From the NCBI GenBank assembly GCA_002269645.1, contig NIVC01000536.1:186001-250000 (forward strand): a stretch of DNA of 64,000 nt. Reading direction: 5' to 3'. The translations under genes were made by a program, and so were the position numbers. Shown here one piece after another: positions 13,122 to 23,355 of the stretch. This DNA is from Macrostomum lignano. Taxonomy: Eukaryota. The notes beneath the pieces were generated by a model, which saw only the letters and a list, made by a program, of their open reading frames with translations, was not told where the DNA came from and ran no database searches. Position 1 is the first letter of the stretch, and every line of letters begins with the position of its first letter.

Positions 13122-13231
13122 AGGTTTACTCCCGATTTGCTGATTTGCACAACATACAAAGTCCTGGCTAATGCTGAAATTGCTAACTAATAGCTATAGA
13201 ACTTTGAATTCGGCGAATCGGGAGTAAACCT
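13122..13231. mobile_element. Small TIR element (MITE-like), termini AGGTTTACTCCCGATT / AATCGGGAGTAAACCT
   Basis: 16-bp inverted termini; CTT present on both flanks (possible 3-bp TSD). Confidence 0.45.
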
Positions 13232-13302
13232 CTTATTATTTATTCGGTTTCAAATTTTATTATTCACCTTCGCTTTATGATTATATCTATCTTACCTGTT
13301 GA

Positions 13303-13430
13303 GGTTTACTCCCTATTCACCGAATCCTGATTTGCCGAAATTCCCACTTCGCCGGATTCCCCAGCAAAGGAGCGGCTTCGGCGAGGTGGGAAGTGCGGCA
13401 AATCGGGATTCGGTGAATAGGGAGTAAACC
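13303..13430. other. 128-bp near-perfect hairpin sharing GGTTTACTCCC termini with the 13122 element
   Basis: ggtttactccctattcaccgaatcctgatttgccg pairs with cggcaaatcgggattcggtgaatagggagtaaacc; inner stem cccacttcgccg/cggcgaggtggg. Confidence 0.75.
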
Positions 13431-14159
13431 CCTGTTGGGTAGCTTCAATTCTTGTTTAAATGATGATTTTGATGTAGTGTAGTTTGCGGTGAAATCTGTA
13501 TGTGACTGCTCATCTATTTACTGTTTTACTCAATTTCCTTTTTTTATCTTCTTTATAATCTTCTAAATTCGCCATTATCGACACTTAGCAAAGCGCTCTC
13601 TTGTTGCTGCAGCCCATCTTGATCTGAAGTACCTTTAAATGCATGTGCCGCGGCGTCTCTATTGTAGCAATTTTTATAATTAGGAACGTCGCGAGGAACG
13701 TTAATACGCGAGGGAATTTTCGATGCATTTAAAGAGACTATTTGATTTTTTGTCATAAAGCAAGTGAATTTTAAAAGAATAAATGCGGCTTCTTTGACAA
13801 TAAAATCGAACATGCTTCTGCATGAAGGAGCGACTTGAGCCGCCTTGCTTTATCCGTCATATATCAATTCTTTTTGTTTTAATTTCTGTCTTATTTGTTA
13901 TTTCTTTTAAACGTAAAGCAAAAAAGTTGTTATTGTTTACACAGTTGAACAAAAATATATTTGTCAGCAGAGTTTTCACTGCTACTTACTATCATCAATT
14001 ACTGGCAAATTGTCAGTTGCCAGTAATAAAGAGCCGTTTTCTGCCATGAAACTGACAACCAGTTGAAGCTAAACCAGCTACTAAACTTCAGTATTCATCA
14101 ATCAAATAACTTTATTACCTATTGCTTCCACTATCAGCTAGTCAACAAACCCCTACATT

Positions 14160-14470
14160 CACCCCACTTCACTATCAGCCAATCAGGAAACCCGTCCATC
14201 CACCCTACTCCACTATCAGCCAATCAGCAAACCCGTCCATCCACCCCACCCCACTATCAGCCAATCAGGAAACCCGTCCATCCACCCCACTCCACTATCA
14301 GCCAATCAGGAAACCCGTCCATCCACCCTACTCCACTATCAGCCAATCAGCGAACCCGTCCATCCACCCCACTCCACTATCAGCCAATCAGGAAACCCGT
14401 CCATCCACCCTACTCCACTATCAGTCAATCAGCGAACCCGCCCATTCACCCCACTCCACTATCAGCCGAC
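14160..14470. repeat. 41-bp minisatellite carrying CAGCCAATCAG (CCAAT box), ~7 copies, directly upstream of TAMM41
   Basis: actatcagcc at 14171 and 14212 (period 41). Confidence 0.92.
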
Positions 14471-14479
14471 CCGGCCACC

Positions 14480-14505
14480 ACACATTTCACTCTTCCACTC
14501 TTCAG
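14480..14505 (+). promoter_or_regulatory. 3' splice acceptor 8 nt upstream of TAMM41 ATG
   Basis: catttcactcttccactcttCAG (AG at 14504-14505), then cggcccga-ATG. Confidence 0.65.
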
Positions 14506-14513
14506 CGGCCCGA

Positions 14514-15704
14514 ATGAGCGAGCCGACGCTGCGGCTACTCCGGCGCATAGTCGGCTCTTTTCCTCAGCCAATGAGCGCCTGCTTCGCCTACGGCTCGGCG
14601 GTGTTTGAACAGTCTGGCCGGGTCCGCGGCAGCGGCATGCTAGACCTAGTGTTCGTGGTGCCGGACAGTCGAGCTTGGCACGAGGCCAACCTGGCCAGAC
14701 ACCGGTCGCACTATTCCGGCATGGGCAGTCTGGGTGCTGGCGCGGTCGCCCGCATACAGGAGGGCCTCGGAGCCGGTGTTTATTTCAATACGCTGGTGCC
14801 CGCGGCCGAGGGCCGGACAGTGAAGTACGGCGTGGTCAGCGTCGACTCTCTGCTGGCCGATCTGACCGAGTGGCGCTGGCTGTACCTGGCCGGCCGGCTG
14901 CACAAGCCCGTTGCCTGGGTTGTTGAGCCGGACAGTACTGGCCAAGACTGTCCGAGATTATCTGAAGCTTTGGATGCCAACCGGACGGCGGCACTCGCCG
15001 CGGGTCTGCTGACTTTGCTGCCGGACAATCGGGTTGATCGACGACGCCTGCTGGCGGCCGTCTGCGGGCTCAGCTACGGTGGCGACGTTCGGATGGCCTT
15101 TGCTGAGGACTCCGGCAAGGTGCGATGATTTTCTGGTTCAAATATTTTTGACACCTTTTCTTTGAAACGGGCAGTTATCTAAAAAATTGCCGTAGCAACT
15201 TTTGTGTAGAGTTTACCAGCTAGTAAATAAACTAATGGAGCGGAGTGATATGCTTTTTTCTTACTACTTGTTAGTTGTCGGTCTCACGAATACAATTCTC
15301 AGGTCCAGAACATCGCCGTGCCGCAGGCGCCGCTGCTGACAGACATCTACCGTCCGCTGGCCGCTAAACGACTGCCTTTTCTTACCTGGCAGCAACAAGA
15401 CTCCGCTGATTCCAACGATGACGTCATCACTTGGACGGCCGAACCCGACCAGCTGGCCGAGCTTATTGCCTGTCTGCCGGCTCCGCTGGCCTCGGAGCTC
15501 ACTGCGCCACTGCAATCCGGCGCCAGCGCGCGTGACATCGCCAAAATTCTACGGAGTCGACTTCGTCGTATCGTGTCCAGGTCCAGCCTCGGCCAAACGG
15601 TGAAGAGCGCCGTCACAGCTGGTGTGCTCAAGTCCGTGCGCTACGGCGGCGCTAAGGTGGCCAAGTGGTTCGCCTCAGTTGCACCGTGGTTAACAAAACG
15701 ATAA
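14514..15704 (+). CDS. TAMM41: Mitochondrial phosphatidate cytidylyltransferase TAM41 homolog, 2 exons, ~335 aa
   Basis: Exons 14514-15119 and 15303-15704. Motifs FAYGSAVFEQ, MLDLVF, NLARHRSHYS, GVYFNTLV, KYGVVS, LYLAGRLHKPV, GLSYGGDVRMAFAED-K|VQNI, SSLGQTVKSAVTAG. Confidence 0.95.
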
Positions 15705-15740
15705 AAGTTGTCAGACATTTATACTTAACTGTTATTTTAC

Positions 15741-15900
15741 CCACCCCACTCCATTCTGCTCCGGCAGCCAATCAAATCGCCCCATGTAGCCACCCCACTC
15801 CATTCTGCTCCAGCAGCCAATCAGATCGCCCCATGTAGCCACCCCACTCCATTCTGCTCCGGCAGCCAATCAGATCGCCCCATATAGCCACCCCACTCCG
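15741..15900. repeat. 49-bp repeat (~3.3 copies) with CAGCCAATCA, in TAMM41 3' region
   Basis: ccaccccactcc at 15741, 15790, 15839, 15888. Confidence 0.88.
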
Positions 15901-16575
15901 TTCTACAGATTTTACCGGTATATCTGCACCAGCTCATTACAAATTTTAGTTTTTTTACGTATTGTAATTTTTAGTATAAAATGTTGATTGATGCATTTAC
16001 TCGATTTAATAAAAGTATACGCTTTAGTATACAATAAAAAATACAATACATTGACATTACAAAACTGCTGCAATTAAACTTATGATTTATGATTCGACAA
16101 TTTGAAGAAACCGCGCATATACCACTCAATGAATAAGTAGTGCAGTTTGTATCTACCGTAAAATGAAGAAGACGTCAGGTCTTTAACTTTTTTTTTTGGA
16201 TAATTTGGTATATAGGCGACGGATCGGATATATTCGTTGTACAAAAATGGTACAAAAAGTTAAAAATTAATATGAGCATCATTTGATCGGAAATAAATCT
16301 GACATGCTCTGCTTAACACACAAAAGTTGGAAGATATTAAAGATATTGGAAGAACATATTTTTAAGGAAGGCACCGTATATATAAGTAATATTTTTAAGT
16401 GGAAGCAAATAAAGGATAAAATTCCATAATGTGTATAAATAAACCGAATGGATAATGTAACAGTTTTTAGCACCTACAAAATGAAAGTCTGTAAGTCTTT
16501 GCTCGTTGTCGCCGAATAAAATATAAAAAATCGAAAAAACAATCAATTAAAAAAGTCCGACCCAAAAACTTCCCG

Positions 16576-19500
16576 CTAGCCGGCAAAAATCCCCGCCAAT
16601 TCGCTGTTCAGCTTCAGTAGATTTCGCACCGATTTGAACTGCATCGCGTGACTCGCGCAGGATTCTGAAATTTGATTTTTTGCATTTATTATGCCGATTT
16701 TTCCTCTCGCTACTACTAACAGTAGAGTCTAAGAAATCGTCACTGGTAAAAAAGGCCTCAACTCACCAGCCGTGGCCGCCTCGGAGTTCACCGTGCTGGG
16801 GGCGGCGGCCATGACGGCGCGGCTCAACTCTGGCGTCATGCCTACCAGGCCGTGCAAAGCGGTTTCCATGGCGACGGCATCGATCAGGGAGTCGCCGTCG
16901 GATCTGCTTGACATGCGCTGTTAGGAATAGGAGTGTTGGTTTCTGTGTATCAGATACGAGTCTGCAAGTGCAAATAGGCGGAATCCAAGGCTGGGGGATC
17001 CTCACCATCATGGCGTCTCTCAGGATTGCTTCGGCACCGTCTGGGCAGCAAAGCAGAGCGGCTGCGATGTGCAGCCAGCGGGGGTCGATGCGGCCGCTGC
17101 CTGACTGGAACGGAGCGGGGATGACTGTCAGACAGACAGACAGACAGACTACAGACAGACAGACAGACAGACAGACAGCAGAACCGCACCCAGTCGAAGA
17201 TGTCAAACACGAGTCGCATCCAGGACTCCAGCGGCCCGGGCAGGGCGGCCTCCGCTGCCAGCTCGTGCGGACACAGCAGCTTGGGCGGCCCAGGCGTCAG
17301 TCGGTTCAACAGCTGCACTGCCTGGTCGTACCCACCGTCTTTGTCTTCGCCGCAGTCATTCTGGTCGCCTGCAGACGCTGAGGCTGGTAGCAGGCGTCGG
17401 AACAGGCGACGCAGACCGCTCAGCGGGAAGCCGAGGTGGCGGAGGCCGCGACGGCGAGCCGCTTTGAACAGCAGGACGTCCGTGTAGGAATGGTCGCTCA
17501 CTGGCAGGCCGGCGTGCCTGGCGATTTGTTATGAGAGAGGACAACAGCCAATCAGCGAGCGCGGAGGATGGGGTGGGCGTCGCGGGTTAAAAATGAGGGA
17601 CTTCACTGAATATACTACTATTAAAGACGGCAAATGAGTACATCCAATGTCTATAAAATTCTTTACCTAGCCAGGAGATCGCGGACATTGTTGGCGTAAA
17701 GCTGCGGATTGGCGCGCTCTTCAACCGACGGATGATAAACAGGTAGGAACTGTAGCGGCAGGTTGATTGGGAATGAGGATTGATGAAGGATTCATTACAA
17801 CGGGTTTCAAGTTTGATTCTCGCGTCTTGATTCAGGGTGAAATCCCAGGTGTTGGTTCAGTGTGAAATCCCAGGTGTGGGTTCTGGACCGGTTCTCAGGT
17901 GTGTAGTGTTCGAGATTGATTCCACGAGAAGTTAGTATTAAGCTATCAAGATTAAGCTACCTGCACCGTTGCTAATTACTTATTTATACCGATACTAACC
18001 TCAACGTGCAGCTCAGAGTAGAGCCGAGAGCCCAGGACCGGTTCTCAGGTGTGGTTCTGGACCGGTTCTCAGGTGTGGGTTGGTTATCAGGTGTGGGTTG
18101 GTTCTCAGGTGTGGTTCTGGACCGGTTATCAGGTGTGGGTTGGTTATCAGGTGTGGGTTCAGGAGAAGTCAGTATTAAGCTATCAAGATTAAGCTATCTG
18201 CATCGTTGCAAATTACTTATTTGTATCGGTACTAACCTCAACGTGCAGCTCAGAGTAGAGCCGAGAGCCGCACCTGAAGATCATATGGAACCTGCAAATG
18301 ACGGGGAGAGATTATTTCAATCAACGGCTTACGATGAGATAAATATCCCCCCCCCCGATCTACTACTCACATGGAGGGCCCGTCAACAGCCCAGCACTGC
18401 AGCTGCAGGGGATCCCGATGCCGCACCAGCACCGGCTGCACCGGGACGCCGGGAGTGAAGGCGCCCAGACGGAAGCCGATCAGCGCCCCGCCATTGGTGC
18501 ACGTGCCTTCGGGGAAGACCAGCAGCTGGCGGAAGCCTCCGCCATTCAGGCAGCTGCGCGCCCTGTCTACAATTTCCTCGGCCGCTTTGGCGCGCATCCG
18601 GCGATTGTCCCGGTACACCACCACCGCCTCGCCTGCTGGCACCATCACTGCGGGGTAGGGCAAGTGGGGGCTGTGAACTGCCGGGTATTGAGAATGCGAA
18701 CTACCGGCTATTGGGGGCTGTGAACTGCCGGGTATTGGAACTGTGAACTGCCGGCTATTGGGGGCTGTAAACTGCCGGGTATTGGGGGTTGTAAACTGCC
18801 GGTTATTGGGGGCTGTAAACTGCCGGCTATTGGGGGCTGTAAACTGCCGGCTATTGGGGGCTGTAAACTGCCGGCTATTGGGGCTGTAAACTGCCGGCTA
18901 TTGGGGGCTGTAAACTGCCGGCTATTGGGGGCTGTAAACTGCCGGCTATTGGGGGCTGTAAACTGCCGGCTATTGGGGGCTGTAAACTGCCGGCTATTGG
19001 GGGCTGTAAACTGCCGGCTATTGGGGGCTGTAAACTGCCGGCTATTGGGGGCCGTGAACTGCCGGCTATTGGGGGCTGTAAACTGCCGGCTATTGGGGGC
19101 TGTAAACTGCCGGCTATTGGGGGCCGTGAACTGCCGGCTATTGGGGGCTGTAAACTGCCGGCTATTGGGGGCCGTGAACTGCCGGGTATTGGGGGCTGTG
19201 AACTGCCGGGTATTGAGACTGCGAACTGCCGGCTATTGGGGCTGTGAACTGCCAGGTATTGGGGACTGTGAACTGCCGGCTATTGGGGGCTGTGAACTGC
19301 CTGGAGGTGTTGTTGAAAGACCCTATTTAAGGACTGTTTACAGTGACTAAAAGGGACGTGCTTGCAAAAACTATTAATAAGCACACCATTATAAAAGAAA
19401 TTCTTCGGCGCCTTGGTCACCGGAGCGAGCATCGGGCGCTGGCAGAAGAACACCACCGTGTCAGTCAGAGAGGTGTGCGGCGCCGCCACCAGCAGAGGCG

Positions 19501-20798
19501 CCTCGCGGACGCTGGCGCGCCGGCCTTTCAGGTGAATTCGCTGGTAGCCGCCCACGAACGCCCCCATGCGGCCGATGTTGAGCAGCAGGTGATCCGCCAC
19601 CCAGCTGGATATTGGGGTGTAAAGGTACTCTTTTTTCCTGTAGGTAGCAGCCTTTGCAATGTGCATTTTTATGCAAAGCTGTGCAAAGCTCCAGCGACCT
19701 CCCCAATGTACACTCCACTCCCGACCAACCCCGCTTCCCCAATGTACATTCCACTCCAAACCAACCCCACCTCCCGAATGTACACTCCACTCCCGACCAA
19801 CCCCACCTCCGCAATGTACACTCCATTCCCGACCAACCCCACCTCCCCAATGTACATTCCACTCCAAACCAACCCCACCTCCCGAATGTACACTCCACTC
19901 CCGACCAACCCCACCTCCGCAATGTACACTCCATTCCCGACCAACCCCACCTCCCCAATGTACATTCCACTCCAAACCAACCCCACCTCCCGAATGTACA
20001 CTCCACTCCCGACCAACCCCACCTCCGCAATGTACACTCCATTCCCGACCAACCCCACCTCCCCAATGTACATTCCACTCCAAACCAACCCCACCTCCCG
20101 AATGTACACTCCACTCCCGACCAACCCCACCTCCCCAATGTACACTCCATTCCCGACCAACCCCACCTCCCCAATGTACATTCCACTCCAAACCAACCCC
20201 ACCTCCCGAATGTACACTCCACTCCCGACCAACCCCACCTCCCCAATGTACACTCCATTCCCGACCAACCCCACCTCCCCAATGTACATTCCACTCCAAA
20301 CCAACCCCACCTCCCGAATGTACACTCCACTCCCGACCAACCCCACCTCCCCAATGTACACTCCACTCCAGACCAACCCCACCTCCTCAATGTACACTCC
20401 ATGTAACAGGTAGGATTTTGTGTCCATCCTGCCTGCACCTTCTGCTCACGTCGGATAACAAAGAATTGAACTCGAAGCACGATTTTTCTGGGCCCAGGCT
20501 GCTGCGGCCACCCCCAAAAACCTCACCTCCGCCAAGGAGACAGAGGCGCGGTGGCTTTGCCCCCAATCTGGGTGACAAAAGACACCAGGAAAGCCAAGGC
20601 CAGCGACAGGATCAGCAGAAGCAGCCGCACGGGGAACAGCAGCAAGCCGAGCAGGGGCACAGTCAGATAGTGGTACCAGAAGAAGCCCGCCCGATGGTAA
20701 AACGGATTGAACGGACGAGGCGGCAGAGGCAGCGAGCAGACGCAGGCGTCAGCCGTGTCTGCCGTGACGGCCGAGTCACCGCTGGACGACGGCTGCCC
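16576..20798 (-). CDS. LPCAT: Lysophosphatidylcholine acyltransferase (LPCAT1/2 family), 9 exons, ~524 aa; no in-frame ATG at its 5' end
   Basis: Exons 20798-20527, 19604-19387 (donor uncertain), 18647-18371 (acceptor uncertain), 18291-18237, 17749-17667, 17517-17190, 17104-17006, 16917-16767, 16664-16576; total 1572 nt, in frame. Motifs NPFYH, TM helix, APHTSLTD (HX4D), LLVFPEGTCTNG, GAFTPGVPVQPV, EFLPVYHPS, LYANNVR, EF-hand-like DWSGSGRID. Confidence 0.9.
17805..18160. repeat. Degenerate ttctcaggtgtgg repeat plus partial duplication of exon 4, LPCAT intron 4
   Basis: Recurring ggttctcaggtgtgg; 17925-18031 duplicates 18165-18270. Confidence 0.7.
18665..19300. repeat. 24-bp minisatellite (GGGGGCTGTAAACTGCCGGCTATT), LPCAT intron 2
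   Basis: Direct; 8-aa periodic spurious ORF LLGAVNCR. Confidence 0.96.
19700..20400. repeat. 35-bp minisatellite (AATGTACACTCCACTCCCGACCAACCCCACCTCCC), ~20 copies, LPCAT intron 1
   Basis: Direct; 105-bp trimer higher-order period. Confidence 0.96.
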
Positions 20799-20934
20799 CT
20801 GAAAGACGGCGGCGGCGGCGTCAACAGAGATTGTTGTGGCTGATGCGAGTAGTCTAGCACGATTATTCTCTAACAAGATTTTAAATCGATTTTGTCTGGT
20901 CCAGTACTGCAGCTTTTTACATTAGAATGAGGGT

Positions 20935-21895
20935 TATTTATGAGTGGAATTTACATTGGGGAGGTGGGGTTGGTAGGGAGTGGAGTGTAAATTGGGGAGG
21001 TGGGTTTGGTCTGGAATGGAGTGTACATTGGGGAGGTGGGGTTGGTCTGGAGTGGAGTGTACATTGGGGAGTAGGGTTGGTCGAGAGTGGAGTGTACATT
21101 GGGGAGGTGAGTTCGTCGGGAGCGAGTGTACATTGGGGGTGGGGTTGGTCGGGAGTGGAGTGTACATTGGGAAGGTGGATTTGGTCTGGAGTGGAGTGTA
21201 CATTGGGGAGTGGGGTTGGTCTGGAGTGGAGTGTACATTGGGGAGTAGGGTTGGTCGGGAGTGGAGTGTACATTGGAGAGGTGGATTTGGTCTGGAGTGG
21301 AGTGTACATTGGAGAGGTGGATTTGGTCTGGAGTGGAGTGTACATTGGAGAGGTGGATTTGGTCTGGAGTGGAGTGTACATTAGGGAGGTGGGGTTGGTC
21401 TGGAGTGGAGTGTACATTGGGGGTGGGGTTGGTCGGGAGTGGAGTGTACATTGGGAAGGTGGATTTGGTCTGGAGTGGAGTGTACATTGGGGAGTGGGGT
21501 TGGTCTGGAGTGGAGTGTACATTGGGGAGTAGGGTTGGTCGGGAGTGGAGTGTACATTAGAGAGGTGGATTTGGTCTGGAGTGGTGTACATTGGAGAGGT
21601 GGATTTGGTCTGGAGTGGAGTGTACATTAGAGAGGTGGATTTGGTCTGGAGTGGAGTGTACATTGGAGAGGTGGATTTGGTCTGGAGTGGAGTGTACATT
21701 AGAGAGGTGGATTTGGTCTGGAGTGGAGTGTACATTGGAGAGGTGGATTTGGTCTGGAGTGGAGTGTACATTAGGGAGGTGGGGTTGGTCGGGAATGGAG
21801 TGTACATTGGGGAGGTGAGTTCGTCGGGAGCGAGTGTACATTGGGGGTGCATGGGGTTGGTCGGGAGTGGAGTGTACGTTGGAGAGGTGGGGTGA
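20935..21895. repeat. Same 35-bp minisatellite in opposite orientation, upstream of LPCAT exon 1
   Basis: gtgtacattggggaggtggggttggtctggagtgga is the reverse complement of the 19700-20400 unit. Confidence 0.95.
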
Positions 21896-22643
21896 TAATT
21901 TCAATTGACTACTAAAGTAATATCTGTAGTCTGAATTTCTGAAACAATCGGTGAAATATGGTAATATTTATCAATCATAAAATGATGTAGCCTTTGGTTA
22001 TAGAGGCTACATTAATATCCGCAGTTATCTTATATATTTGCAAAGAAAACGTCAGCATTGCAAGACGCAATTTTCAGGTTGCATTATTACTGTCGCCTTG
22101 GGATAAAAAAGAAGTGAACAAAAGTTACGCACAGGTAAATTCAGATTAAGTGCCAGCGGAGTGTTTAAGATAGAATAAATTCAGACGAAAGAAAATACAA
22201 AAAGGTTTTTATAAATAAAATTAAGGCATTTGTATCAGCGCTGGATAGCACCACAGATAACATAGAATAATAATATGTAATTGATAGTAAATTATAATAC
22301 ATAATATATCTATATGGGTTTATACATTAGCCGTGATTAAGCTTAAATTTTTGTTTTAACTTGCCAATTCTCAAACAGTCGGGAATTGCTAAACTGAAGT
22401 TCAAATAGAAAAAACAATTTCGGGACACACAAGAGGTCCCGGCCCCCGGGTTCGAACTCAGAAAATTAATTCAGGATTTATTGCATAATAGAAAATCTAC
22501 GCATCAATACATAGAGGTGCTGCATTGCAATCTGGAAAATATATTAAAAAATTACAGGTAAGCACACAAACTGTGCTGCTACTCTACAGTATCTGGCACA
22601 CTTGGCCAGATTACACAATTCTATCTATCCAGTGAGATAGGGC

Positions 22644-23250
22644 CGGATTCTCAGGTGTTGGGGTTCAGGGCCGGATTCTCAGGTGTTGGGGTACAGGGCC
22701 GGATTCTCAGGTGTTGGGGTTCAGGGCCGGATTCTCAGGTGTTGGGGTTCAGGGCCGGATTCTCAGGTGTTGGGGTTCAGGGCCGGATTCTCAGGTGTTG
22801 GGGTTCAGGGCCGGATTCTCAGGTGTTGGGGTTCAGGGCCGGATTCTCAGGTGTTGGGGTTCAGGGCCGGATTCTCAGGTGTTGGGGTTCAGGGCCGGAT
22901 TCTCAGGTGTTGGGGTTCAGGGCCGGATTCTCAGGTGTTGGGGTTCAGGGCCGGATTCTCAGGTGTTGGGGTTCAGGGCCGGATTCTCAGGTGTTGGGGT
23001 TCAGGGCCGGATTCTCAGGTGTTGGGGTTCAGGGCCGGATTCTCAGGTGTTGGGGTTCAGGGCCGGATTCTCAGGTGTTGGGGTTCAGGGCCGGATTCTC
23101 AGGTGTTGGGGTTCAGGGTCATAATTCTCAGGTGCTAGGGTTCAGGTTTTAGTTCAGGGTCGGATTCCTCAGGTGCTAAGGTTCAGGTTTTAGTTCAGGG
23201 TCGGATTCCTCAGGTGCAAGGGTTCAGGTTTTAGTTCAGGTTCGGATTCT
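22644..23250. repeat. 28-bp minisatellite (GGCCGGATTCTCAGGTGTTGGGGTTCAG), ~17 near-perfect copies plus a degenerate tail
   Basis: Direct; 28-aa periodic spurious ORFs. Confidence 0.96.
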
Positions 23251-23355
23251 CTCGTTTCAGTTTTTCAGCTTTGATACGCGGAACAAGTGTCAGACGATGT
23301 TAACTCAATAAAAATTCAAATATTCAAACAAATATCAGTGCAACTGTCCCAGAGC

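Noticed and set aside
20400-20526. Alternative LPCAT exon 2 via a 39-bp intron (acceptor 20488, KIVLRVQFF...)
   Set aside because: In frame, but it runs into the minisatellite. The acceptor at 19605 gives PWRS-WVADHLLLNIGRMG, which aligns properly with the LPCAT family.
19280-21904. Multiple 250-390-aa ORFs (MYTPLPTNPT..., WSGVECTLG...)
   Set aside because: 35-bp minisatellite translations; only the embedded LPCAT exons are real.
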